From contig NC_069001.1 in NCBI RefSeq assembly GCF_001194135.2, forward strand, positions 23,048,331-23,112,330: a DNA stretch of 64,000 nucleotides. The letters are read 5' to 3'. How positions within the stretch are numbered: the first letter of the stretch is position 1; each line of letters starts with the position of its first letter. The DNA is from Octopus bimaculoides (lineage: Eukaryota). The translations under genes and the position numbers were made by a program. Shown here in pieces: positions 1 to 11,699 of this stretch. The notes under the pieces are model-generated. The model had not been told where the DNA came from, did not search any database, and saw only the letters and a list, made by a program, of their open reading frames with translations.

Positions 1-303
1 AGGACTTTCGAGCGAGATCATTGCCAGTGCCCCTGGACTGGCTCTTGTGCGGGTTGCACATAAAATACACCATTTTGAGCATGGCCGTTGCCAGTCCTGC
101 CTGACTGGCCTTCGTGCTGGTGGCACATAAAAGCACCCACTACACTCTCTGAGTGGTTGGCGTTAGGAAGGGCATCCAGCTGTAGAAACTCTGCCAAATC
201 AGATTGGAGCCTGGTGTAGCCATCTGGTTTCACCAGTCCTCAGTCAAATCGTCCAACTCATGCTAGCATGGAAAGCGGACGTTAAACGATGATGATGATG
301 ATG
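1..303 (+). mobile_element. RTE-clade LINE 3' end or non-autonomous derivative (family A) with (GAT)n tail
   Basis: Internal TGCCAGT...GTGGCACRTAAAA sub-repeats, AGGAAGGGCATCCAGCTGTAGAAA core and CATGCTAGCATGGAAAGCGGACGTTAAAC+(GAT)n end. The same segment follows RTE ORF2 C-terminal remnants at 10380 and 18130. Confidence 0.8.
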
Positions 304-310
304 ATATATA

Positions 311-532
311 CAGGGTTGGCGAAAAGTCACCTGACAGTAAATCAAAACCATTTAACTCCAAGATTAAAACAAAAAATTACTTTATATGAGACTTCATTAA
401 TAAATAGACAAATGTTGAAAAAAAGTGGTGATTTTAACTCACAGCATTCATAATTGGAATGTTTAATATGGATTGAATATTAAATAAATAGGGAATTTTG
501 ATTTACTGCTGGGTGACTTCTGGCCAACTCTG
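311..532. mobile_element. Tc1/mariner-type MITE (222 bp)
   Basis: About 37-bp imperfect TIRs: CAGGGTTGGCGAAAAGTCACCTGACAGTAAATCAAAA versus the reverse complement of the right end, CAGAGTTGGCCAGAAGTCACCCAGCAGTAAATCAAAA. TA at the left flank; no ORF. Confidence 0.75.
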
Positions 533-584
533 AATATATATATATATTTATCACACTTTACAGTATCATATAGCTATTATAATC

Positions 585-662
585 AATCTTACCAATCGAT
601 TTCATGAGGTGTTAGATAACAGCCTGATTTTGTAACACTGTACTCTTCAGAGATGGCAGATT
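585..662 (-). ncRNA. Degenerate hammerhead-like motif
   Basis: Minus strand: CUGAAGA core, imperfect long stem II, GAA, palindromic AUCGAU, U. Stem I pairs only with a 4-nt bulge. Confidence 0.3.
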
Positions 663-739
663 TGGAAGAAAATATAGTGACTGCTCTCCATTGTGAAAAG
701 ACACATCCAGTTTGTGGTTGTTTTGAAAAAGATAACAAA

Positions 740-960
740 ATGAACATAGCAAGGATTATGTTATGAGTTATTTCCCTTGGCACCAAAAGCCTGTCTCTGG
801 TGGGTGTTGCAAGGTGACAAAAGTTTTCTGGAAATGTGTGTATGTTTTGAGGTTGGTGTCGGAATGTTTGCAGAGGTACAATATATGTTTAGGGGTTTCA
901 GGGGTGGGGGAAGTGGTGGCAGATTCCGAAAAATTACATAAGCACCTGTGTGTTTGTGTG
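740..960 (-). pseudogene. Possible LINE ORF2 C-terminal zinc-knuckle remnant
   Basis: Minus frame reads HRCLCNFSESATTSPTPETPKHILYLC, resembling the C..C...ET..HIL..C motif. Short and unconfirmed. Confidence 0.25.
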
Positions 961-1809
961 TTTTGGTTATGCTTTTGCTAGAATCTTTGGAGTATTTAAG
1001 TTGGTATGGAATGTGTGTAGGGGTACTATATGTTCAGGGGGCTTATATTGGGGGATAGAAAAGGGGTCTATTGGGTGGATATCTGCTGTGTTAGCGCACC
1101 TTTGTGTCTGTGAGTGTGTTTGTGTGTGTGTGTGTGCATGTGTGTATATATACATGATCGAACGCACGCGTCATCACTGCAAGTAAGTTTTGAACTTTAT
1201 ATTTCCGACACGACTCTATCTATTTTCGTATCTTTCTCCCCCTCTCGTTCTTCCTTCTGTTACTACTATATCTCTCTCTTCCTCCCTGTCTCTCGTTGCT
1301 CATCTATATTCTACTTCCTCCCCTTTTCTCCCTCTACCACTCTTTCTCCTCACCCCTCGCTGGTCACATGTGTCCAGTGACTACCTCCTTTCTATCTTGG
1401 CTATCGCCAAGCACACACATGAACATTCTTTGTCTCGCTTCCTTCCAGTTCGTTGCATCACAGCAGTCAGTATACACATATTTTTTCACGTCTGGCCATA
1501 TAGCCTTTTTTGTTTGTTTTCACTGTTTCATTTTCCTGTCTTGTTTTCTGTCCACCACTACATATTCCTCCATGGTACCAATTTAATTTGTGGTCTGTGG
1601 GAAGAGCCATTCTAACGATGCGTCCTGCCCTAACTCTTCGAAACGCTTAGTTTTAGAATGGTGGCAGCTGATGAAGGAAATGTTCTTTATGTGGCCTGTG
1701 TGTTTTCTGTATTCTGTTTAACATTTTGTCCACATTTTTTTGCAATGTCCTGTACCCAGATATGCACCTATATATACATGTAGATGTAGGTATGTACATA
1801 CATGTACGT

Positions 1810-2025
<216 letters not shown>

Positions 2026-2271
2026 AATAATAAAACAGGAAATTGAAACTTCTTTTGGTATTATTTATTCACCATTCTATGCATTTCATCTGCTAATTGG
2101 AATTACAACGTTTTATATATTAGATGGACCTGTAATGAATTTCCTTGTAGCAACTGAGTCTACGGATTGCATTGTAATTATAGAATAAACAGATGTGCTT
2201 CAAGAGGAAATAGCTGGGATTTACCCCTCACTACCTATATAATGTATATATATACATGTGTGTGTGTGTAT

Positions 2272-2862
2272 AGGAGCAGGTGTGGCTGTGTGGTAAGAAG
2301 CTTGCTTTTCAACCACCTGGTTCTGAGTTCAGTCCTACTGTGTGACACCTTGGATAAGTGTCTTCTACTATAGCCTCAGACGGACAAAAGTCTTGTGAGT
2401 GGATTTGATAGATGGAAACTGAAAAGACACCCATCATATATATATATATATANNNNNNNNNNNNNNNNNNNNNNNNNNNNNNNNNNNNNNNNNNNNNNNN
2501 NNNNNNNNNNNNNNNNNNNNNNNNNNNNNNNNNNNNNNNNNNNNNNNNNNNNNNNNNNNNNNNNNNNNNNNNNNNNNNNNNNNNNNNNNNNNNNNNNNNN
2601 NNNNNNNNNNNNNNNNNNNNNNNNNNNNNNNNNNNNNNNNNNNNNNNNNNNNNNNNNNNNNNNNNNNNNNNNNNNNNNNNNNNNNNNNNNNNNNNNNNNN
2701 NNNNNNNNNNNNNNNNNNNNNTATAGATATAAAGCACAATTAATTCGTATTCAGAGGCGTTCATAATCCAAGGTCCTACTGTATTAAATGAATGTGAGAA
2801 AGACAGGAGATAAAGAATGAATTATTCATGAACAGAGTTGTTCGAAAACTGAGGTACTACTG

Positions 2863-2901
<39 letters not shown>

Positions 2902-3110
2902 ATACACGCACATGTATGTGTGTGTGTGTCTTTTTGACTGTTTGTGCCCCCCCCCATCACTTGATAATGAATGTTGGTGTCTTTATACCCCCATAACTTA
3001 GCAGTCTGGCAAAAGAGACTGAAAGAATAAGTCCTGGAGTTGATTTCTCCGACTAAAATCAGTCAAATGTTTGAACCAAGTAAAAGAATACGTTTGATCA
3101 CTAAAGCCAC
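2272..3110 (+). mobile_element. tRNA-derived SINE family B: head (2272-2440) and tail (about 2910-3110) separated by a gap and other sequence
   Basis: GTGGCTGTGTGGTAAGAAGCTTGCT...GAGTTCAGTCC head and AAGTGTCTTCTACTATAGCC body, matching complete copies at 23808 and 41156. Confidence 0.75.
2453..2721. other. Assembly gap (further gaps: 7515-7764, 38385-38675, 40690-41003, 44484-44579, 51516-52257)
   Basis: Runs of N, most of them flanked by (AT)n. Confidence 1.
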
Positions 3111-3129
3111 ATGTTTTTTTTTTATTCTC

Positions 3130-3290
3130 TCTCTATCTATTTTCTTTTATTCCTTTCTGTTGAAGAGCATAGGCTCGAAACATAAAAGACTTTCTCACTT
3201 TCCCAAGCGCCAAACTAATACACCTGCTTGTTGTTCATACACCTGTCTTCGTATGTTGTTTTTCTGTAAATTTCAACTATACATATTGTC
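3130..3290 (+). mobile_element. Small PLE pLTR-like repeat with an A6U hammerhead-like motif (3153-3188)
   Basis: CUUU-CUGUUGA-A-GAGC(AUAG)GCUC-GAA-ACAU-A-AAAG. A related copy lies on the minus strand at 56925-57065. Confidence 0.55.
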
Positions 3291-3479
3291 CTTTTAACAG
3301 CATTTGATTCTATGTGAGCGCACACTAAGTCTACCACACATGTAATCATAGCTATTGAGAGTTCTGTCTTGTAAAAGTAACACAATAAATGAGTCATCAA
3401 TTTGAAAATGAGTATGTCTTCATCCGGCCACTACTAACATGAACACTACCATTTTAATATGAATTACATAAGGATGGTC

Positions 3480-3670
3480 AAGCAAGGAGAATCGTTAACA
3501 TGTCGGCCGAAATACTTTGTTGTATTTTGTTTGTCTTTATGTTCTGAGTTCAAATTCCTCCGAGGTTAACTTTGCCTTTCATTCTTTCAGGGTCAATAAA
3601 ATAAGTATCAGTTGAATACTGGGGTCGATGTAATCAACTAGCCTCACCCCACTAAATTTCAGGCCTTGTA
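3480..3670 (+). mobile_element. tRNA-derived SINE family C
   Basis: GTTCTGAGTTCAAATTCC B-box followed by the TTTGCCTTTCAT..GGGTCAATAAAATAAGTA body. Confidence 0.75.
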
Positions 3671-3924
3671 CCCATATTAGATAGTAGAAAGGAATATAAA
3701 ATTGCATACATATAAGCCTACAGGTAAAACGAAAATTTGTATATCAACTCTAAAAAGTACATAGTCCCAATACTGCTTGTTTTAGTTACAGTTAAAAGAT
3801 TTATTAAAAATATTTTTGTGCAAGAAAAAAATCAAAATTTAAATGCAGTGTTGGAAACTAATTATTTTTTTAACGTCTAAAAATCACCTAAAATTCATAA
3901 ACTATAAAAGATTCATCTTTAATT

Positions 3925-5127
3925 ACGAGAAAATTATTTTCCTTGCTTTTTTTTCTCTGAATAGTTTTTGAGAATTTTATCTACAACGAAACTCCTGCTA
4001 ATTTCAGATTCAATGGACATAATTGCCTAACTGTTCAAACGTTCTTGCTGAATTGATGATCTCAAGTAAGTTTTGACCAGTTTCAGCTTGGAAAAACTTA
4101 TTTCTCCAGATGCCACAGTCACCTGGATTGTCAAGAAAATCTGGAGAGCAATAAAAAAAATTTGGAAATATGGTAGACCAGTTGTTGCAAGCAAGGAATT
4201 CAATTTTCTGCTGAGTTTTAATCCTTGATGGCAGAATTGGCTTTAAAGCCTCCATTTCCTCACAAAGCATGTATCCATCTATTTCAACCAGTTTTAGGAT
4301 ATTAACTTGATATTTTTCCTCTGTTGGTTTAACCTCTGTGAATACCACTTCCATATCTGTTGCACAATTTCTTATAGTGTCCTTGGACAGGTCTTGAAAA
4401 TTGTACAAAAATCCGAATAAATCTTTATATTTTTGCAATTGTTTAAACCACGGTTCAAGTGTTGCAGTGCTTTATCAACCGCTTGATTGAAACATTGTAC
4501 TCTGAAATCTGCTTTGGGATCTGTCAAAGGTTCATCTGCAGATTCGTAATTAAATAATCTACTTTTTCTGCAGCTGAGTCTTGAATATAGGCTCAATATC
4601 TAGGTCTTTGGCAAGTTCACTAGCATCAACCAAAGCTTCATCAAAATCATTTTCCTTGTATGTCTTGAACCAGTTACAAAGCTTTTGGAATGAAGAAAGC
4701 CCTGTAGCAACATTCGTGGTATCACTCTGAAGTTCTTTACTCACATAATTTACATGAAAAGGCAAGCAATACCAGAAGACTAATGAGACTAGAAACTTGT
4801 AATCCCTCAGTTGACTGACTAATGATTCAGCATCACATTTTGTTTGTGCATCATCAGTGTTTTCTGCTAACTCTTCTAGTGCATTACAAACTTCAGCAGC
4901 TTGGTACCGTACAGCTTTGACAGTTTCTATTCTACATTCCCATTGTGTTTTAGAGAGAGGTTTTGCAGACAGACCTGTGACATGTTTTTTAAAAACAGCC
5001 CACCTTGTAGTAGATGATGCAAAAAGGGTGTAATTATGCTGTAGAGTTCTAAAGAAAGTCATTGTGTCTGGACACATCTTGGCTATGTCTCCCAAAGTTA
5101 TGTTGTAGTTATGACATGCACACACTG
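3925..5127 (-). pseudogene. hAT transposase remnant (ZMYM1-like catalytic domain plus C-terminal dimerisation domain), frameshifted
   Basis: ORFs 4559-5209, 4372-4596 and 4010-4438. Motifs: CACHNYNI (CxxH), LFASSTTRW, QWECRIETVK, and FIALRIFLTIPVTVASGERSFSKLKLVKTYLRSS in a shifted frame. Confidence 0.9.
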
Positions 5128-5132
5128 TTAAG

Positions 5133-5240
5133 TGGTGGCATTGGGAAGGGTGCCAGATGTAGCCTCTGACTTGTTGGCCTCTGTCAAACTGTCCAACCCA
5201 TGCCAGCATGGAAAACGGACGTTAAATAATGATGATAATG
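5133..5240 (+). mobile_element. RTE family A 3' fragment
   Basis: CTGTCCAACCCATGCCAGCATGGAAAACGGACGTTAAAT+(GAT)-like tail. Confidence 0.75.
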
Positions 5241-5262
5241 ATATGCATATATATATACATAC

Positions 5263-5548
5263 ACCACTGTCAGAAAATAAAGCAAATTTGGACTCATCAG
5301 AGAATATGACAGTGTCCCAAAAGGCTAATGTCTCGCCACCATCTCACTGGCCCAATCTTTTCTCTGCTTGATATTGGCTAGTCAAAGAAGTGGCTTCCTT
5401 CTTGCTGCTCTGCCATAGTAACTAAGTTCGTCAAGATATCTGATAGCTGTCTTAGGACTGACATCAATTTGTTCTGCTATGTCAGAGGATTGGGTCCTGT
5501 CAGACCTGGGCAAGGTGATGTGGATTCCTTCCTCTCTCTGATGAATTG
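5263..5548 (-). pseudogene. Tc1-like transposase remnant (HTH plus first catalytic D)
   Basis: Manual translation: DIAEQIDVSPKTAIRYLDELSYYGRAARRKPLL*LANIKQRKDWA and FWDTVIFSDESKFALFSDSG. Confidence 0.85.
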
Positions 5549-5944
5549 CACAATCATTCTATTAATTGTATTTTCTGTGATTTTACACTTAGCTAAAATA
5601 AACAAAACAATGTTCCATGGGATGTCTATTTACTTCTGTCATGTCTTTGTATATACACCTATATTGTGCATAGTGTGCGTTTTCTTTCGTTCTTCTTTGC
5701 ATCATATTTGAAATTTTCATTTCCATATTTCAGTATTGTTTCCTCATGAGACAGTTTACTTATCTCGTTTAAATTTATTAATTGTGCATTATTATATATT
5801 ATTTATGTAAATATTATATGGATGATTTTGTTTGCATTATAACTGTGGAAAAACGGTAGAACTTAAGAATGAAAGTTTGAAATATGTATGAAATCCTTTT
5901 TGTTCTTATTAATATTTTGTTCTGAATCGTTCTGAGTTCAAATT

Positions 5945-6556
5945 CTTATTTCTTTATTGCCCACAAGGGGCTAGACATAGAGGAAACAAACAAGGGCAGA
6001 CAAAGGGATTAAGTCAATTACATCGACCCCAGTGCGTAACTGGTACTTAATTTATCGACCCTGAAAGGATGAAAGGCAAAGTTGACCTTGGCGGAATTTG
6101 AACTCAGAACGTAACAGCAGACGAAATACTGCTAAGCATTTCGCGGGGTAACGTTTCTGCCAGCTCACCGCCTTGTTCAAATCCTTCCTCCGAGTTCAAA
6201 TTCTGCCAAGGTTGACTGTACCTTTCGTCCATTTGAAGTCATTAAATAAGTACCCGTTGAGGATTATGGTCAACGTACTTGACTTACTCCTTCCCTTGAA
6301 ATAACTGGTCTTCTGTCAAAATTTAAAACCAATATGTTACTCTGAATAAGGGTGGGAAGCTGGCAGACTCGTTAGCATGCCCGACAAAATGCTGAGTGGC
6401 ACTTTACATTCTGAGTTCAAACTCTACTGAGGTTGACTTTGCCTTTCACTCTTTTGGGGTCAGTTAAATAAGTACCAGCTGAACACTGGAGTCAATTTAA
6501 TCAACTTACACCCTCCCCGGAAATTGCTGGCCTTGTGCCAAAATTTGAAATCAATA
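5945..6556. mobile_element. Cluster of three family C SINEs (5945-6172 minus and full; 6180-6340 plus; 6352-6556 plus)
   Basis: GGCGGTGAGCTGGCAGAAACGTTA head, GTTCAAATTCC B-box and shared body. Confidence 0.85.
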
Positions 6557-7396
6557 TTTTGCTTTGAATATTTATCTCAGTCAAATAATTCATATGCAAA
6601 TTTATTCCAATTATGGGCATTGCATTGAAGTGATAATATACTGGATTTTAATGAGACCATTAAAAATTGAGCTCATAAATTCAATGGTCACATTTTTATA
6701 GTGTTTAGGCACTAATTCACTATGTATGTGTATGTGAGTGTTTGCAAGTGTGTATAAATGTGTGTGTGTGTATGCACAACACACATATACATACATACAA
6801 GTACTACGCATGCATGAACTCACACACATATGGATGCACACACACACACACACACCATACTTATACATATATGCATGTATATGTGTATGTCTGAATGTCA
6901 CTCTGCGTAAGATCCTGTACTAAACTTAAAATATCATTTTAATAGAAATAGAAAAATGAAAGTACAGTAAAGTAATAAATAAGTATATTTAAATTCTAAT
7001 TGAGAATGTTGACATTTTCGTTACATTTGTTTTCTAACAAAGACCTGCATAAAAAGAAACACACACACACAAATACATGGTCAACATGCATATGAATACA
7101 AGCACACACACATGCACATTCATGCACACATACACACACACAGGTACGTGAACTGATTAGCTTTCTTTTCACATATGTTTTCTCCCAGTATACATAATAT
7201 ATACACTTGTTCATATTCTATACTACTCATATGTGTGTGTGTGTGTGATATATATTGATATTATATACAAATATTTTATACATATAGTAACAAATATTTA
7301 CATATATAGCCACCAAACTTATGCGTATATATATTTGTGAATTGTAGTTATATGTGTGTTTGTGTGTGTATGTAGTAATGCATACACTTACATATG

Positions 7397-7439
<43 letters not shown>

Positions 7440-8499
7440 CATACATATATATACATACATACACACATATATTTGTGTGTATTTATATGTGTCTATGAAT
7501 GTATATGCATGTATNNNNNNNNNNNNNNNNNNNNNNNNNNNNNNNNNNNNNNNNNNNNNNNNNNNNNNNNNNNNNNNNNNNNNNNNNNNNNNNNNNNNNN
7601 NNNNNNNNNNNNNNNNNNNNNNNNNNNNNNNNNNNNNNNNNNNNNNNNNNNNNNNNNNNNNNNNNNNNNNNNNNNNNNNNNNNNNNNNNNNNNNNNNNNN
7701 NNNNNNNNNNNNNNNNNNNNNNNNNNNNNNNNNNNNNNNNNNNNNNNNNNNNNNNNNNNNNNNNTATGTCAGTATTTTGTGATTTATGGCGAAATGGTGT
7801 GATGTCAAAAATACACGATTCAGCTGCCAGAAAAAAAAAATCATTTCTTTGTGTTTTGTAGTCTTTTTTTAAATTTTTTTTTTATACACTCACTCATATA
7901 TATAATTTTTATTGAAAAAGATGTTTTTCTCCATATTTTATATTCTGAAATGATGCTATCATATTGAAAATATCACATAGGTGAATTATTTTAATTTAAT
8001 ACTTCTTCTTGACCTTAGACAAATTAATAAAATTAAAACAAAGCTGGTCAAAGTGGAATGTTTTTTTTTTAGTTTTGCCATTTCATTTTAACACTAAAAA
8101 TATTCCTAAATCATTTATGTTTATTTATTGTGTGTGTGTGTGTTTGTGTGTGGGGGGGGGGGAATTGGTGGGTGCAGAAAAGAGAACAAATAAAGATTTG
8201 TAGTTTAATTAAAAATAATGTTAATAGTGATAACACAAATGTATTACACAAAGCATTGTATAAATTAAAAGTTAACTCCTTAAAATAGAACTAAAACATA
8301 ATAATGATTGAGTATTTTTGGTCTTTTTTGTTGGTTGCTCCTGGTTACCGTGAATGAGCAGAAATATGGTCAAAATTTTCCAGCTATGAGCATTCCATTT
8401 CTTTCTTTCGTTTTTTAAAAAATTTTTTTTTTGTATTTCTGTTCAATGTGTCAAGTTTTTCTAAGAACAGAAGGTGTGATTTGAGAGAGATTTGGCTGT

Positions 8500-9042
8500 T
8501 GTTTCTATTGAATTTATTGGTTTCAAATTTTGGCACAAACCCGACAAGTTCAGGGAAGAAATAAGTCGATTACATCAACCCTTAGTAGTCAACTGATACT
8601 TATTTTATCGACCCCAAAAGGATGAAAGGCAGAACCTATCTCGACGGAATTTGAACTCAGAACAAAAAGAAGGGCGAAATGCCACAAAGCATTCTGCCAG
8701 GCAAGTTAATGATTCTGCCAGGCAAGCTAATGATTCTGCCAGCTTGCAATCTTGTTTAAGATAGATATTTATTTCAAATTTTGACCACAACACACAATAC
8801 AACAACAACTATTACAACCATAATAATAATCCTTCCTACCAAAGGTACAAGGTCTGAAATTTTGACGGAGGGGTTAGTTGATTATATCGACCCCCAGTAC
8901 TCAACTGGTACTTATTTCATCAACCCTGAAAGGGTGAAAGGCAAAGTCAGCCTCTGTGGAATTTGAACTTAGAACATGAAAACAGATGAAATGCCATCAA
9001 GCATTTTCCCAGTATACTAATGATTCTGCCAGCTCACCGCCT
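8500..9042 (-). mobile_element. Two family C SINEs (about 8500-8745 and 8828-9042)
   Basis: Reverse-complement body and head. The first has a 21-bp head segment repeated 2.5 times (8691-8743). Confidence 0.8.
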
Positions 9043-10013
9043 TGTTTCTGGCTAATTTATTGATGATCTAGATGCTATCCAACCCTTGTCAACAATACTT
9101 ATGATGATGATGATAAATGCAATGGATTTGCTGAATCATTAGAGCAACAGACAAAATGTCTTGTGGTATTTGTTTCAGCTCTTTGTTGCTGAAGTTCAAA
9201 TCCTGTTAAGATCAATTTTGCTTTTGCCCTTCATAGGTCAATAAAATAAAATGCCAGACAAGAGTTGCGATGATATAATTGAATTTTCCTTCTTGAATTT
9301 TTGACCATTTTCTTTATGACTTTATAATTATGATGAATGGTTTTGGTTTTTCTTGTTGGTTGCCTTAGTAACCCTGATGATCAGAAATATGGTCAAAAGT
9401 TTTCCCAGATATGAACATTCCATTTTTATTTGGTGGGTGGGTGGTGGTGGTTAATTGCTTTATGATTTTATGATGGTGATGGCTGTCATGATTATGTTGA
9501 AGAATGCCTTAGAATTCTATTCAGCAGATCATTATCTCTGATTCCCATTGTTTTCAAGGATGAGAAAGAAATTTAGTCTTTGGATACATGATGCCAGTAT
9601 ATTGGAACTAAATTTTCTTGCTTGCAGAATTGAATCAAGTGCTGCAATGGGACACAGGTTAATTGTCCACTACTGCTGCTATGTCTGTCCAATTCCTCCA
9701 ACTTTGAAATAGTCAAATCTTCTTCAATAGGAAGGCACATCTTGTTACTGTATTTGTCTTAATCAAACAATTATAATTCCATGTTAAATTAGAAAGCTGG
9801 GTTCACCTCTTTTGATAAATTTAAAGAATTATTTGACAGAAACAACATCGAAGAAGTGACTTCAGTGGTGTTCCTATAAACCTGTGAGTTTATAAAGTCT
9901 AGCAAACGCACCCAGTCAAATGCAGCACAAATATTAGAGCAGCATGTGGTGGAACCACCTTAATGTGGTCATTGCGGTGGTGATTATGGTTGGCATCACC
10001 CACACCCAACACA

Positions 10014-10014
<1 letters not shown>

Positions 10015-10070
<56 letters not shown>

Positions 10071-10100
10071 CACTACTACCCCTCACTACTACTGCTGCTA
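10015..10100. repeat. (TAC)n microsatellite
   Basis: Seen directly; a similar tract is at 55395-55450. Confidence 0.95.
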
Positions 10101-10379
10101 CTGCTTAAAAACCATTATTTCATACTGGTGTGGGTTAACTGGATCTCATTGTGTCTTATAACCCCTCATACTTTTCTTCGTCTGACCAGTACCTGTAGCA
10201 ACAGATATGACTGGTCATCTTTGTTATTGCATTTCTTCTTGCTCTTTATGTTTCCTTGTCAAATCCTTTTGAGATCAACTTCCATAGTTCCAGTTTCTAT
10301 AAAATATAATTCTAATCAAGTACTGTATTTTGTAAAACTGACTTATTTTTGTCCATAAAATTTGAGGAACAAGACCTCA

Positions 10380-10890
10380 CATTTGAGGAAGGAGGTTAGG
10401 TATAGTTCCTGTAAGAATTATCATGTGGAGGGAACCTGTGAAAGACGTAGACCCAGGAAGATGTAGGACAAGGTGGTGAAATATGATCTTCAGTTGCTGA
10501 GTCTCACAGAGGTGATGACAAGTGACCAAGATTTCCGGAGATTTGTTGTGCTTGAGAAGATATGACAGGCCAAATAAATCATAGATTTGGCCAGTGCCAG
10601 TGATATGTAAAAGGCACCTGTACTGGAGACACATAAAGCGACACCAAGGCTGGTGACAGGTAAAAGACACCCAGTACACTTTGTAAAGTGATTGGCATTA
10701 CGAAGGGCATCCAGCCATAGACACCAAACCAAAACAAATGACAGGAGCCTGGTGCAGCTCTCCAGCTTACCAGATCTAGTCAGACTGTCTAACCCATGCC
10801 AGCATGGAAAATGATGATGACAATGATGATGATAATGATGACGATGATGATGATGATGACGACGACGATGACAACAATGACAATGATGAA
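10380..10890 (+). mobile_element. 5'-truncated RTE LINE (ORF2 C-terminus, 3' UTR and (GAT/GAC)n tail)
   Basis: VEGTCERRRPRKM*DKVVKYDLQLLSLTEVMTSDQDFRRFVVLEK, then the family A 3' end. Confidence 0.8.
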
Positions 10891-11699
10891 AGAAACATGG
10901 TTTTCATAGCTATCTTTTGTATCAACATTCACTTTACATTAAGGGTTGAGTATTTCATCAGGCCACTGACACTGGAATGGTTGTCTGTAGTAGTACCAAA
11001 ATCATCCCCTCCCCTCTGCATCAGTTGTTTTTACTTTGGAGTTACTACTCTTCTTAACGGTTTGTCTGTGCAACAGACTGCAGACTTGACATTCTGTATG
11101 TTCTTTTCTATACTGCTATGGATACCCTCCCTGTCACTAGGCATTTTACAGTATAAAATGAGGTAATTTTATTTTACAATCAACAGCTGCAGAAAACTCT
11201 AAGTTGAAAATCTATTCAGTCTAGTTTATCCATAAAATCCTTCAAGAGCAGATGGTGTTAACTAAACTATTATGTAATAGAATAATAACATTTGGTGCCA
11301 TGGAAATGTAAAGACTTGCATTATTTGAATATACCTTGCTTAGTGATTTATAATGACACAAAAGATGTTTTACGCATTTCAGACCATGTTTCAATTAATT
11401 AATAAAAAATCTGGATAGATTCAGTAAGGTAACTAATGCTTACATCATTCAGTTAATGCTTTGAATACAACTTAATACAATGTCCAGGCGTTTGCAACTG
11501 AGAATGAGCAAACTAGCTTGAAACTGAATCAGTCTTGTGATCCTGTCATCTGATGGAGGATGGTAGAGATTTGCTCCCCTGCTGGAAATATATACGTACA
11601 TGGTGCACCTATAACCAGCTGGCAGAAGATCTACCTGGGCTTAAACTAGTCGTAACATTGAACAGCCATATTGATGTGGTAATTAACTTTGCATATATA

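Noticed and set aside
1590-1690. GAAGAG/CUCUUC stem with GAAAC, and a downstream CUGAUGA, as a hammerhead
   Set aside because: The stem consumes the would-be core, and the later CUGAUGA has no GAAA after its stem; no consistent stem I or III.
9520-9900. Possible DNA-transposase remnant (YPKTKFLSHP..W, ND.AE-like)
   Set aside because: Too many stops and frameshifts to assign a family by eye.
10195-10300. Minus-strand exon-like segment between TTTTATAG| and CAG|GTACTG
   Set aside because: Stops in all three frames.
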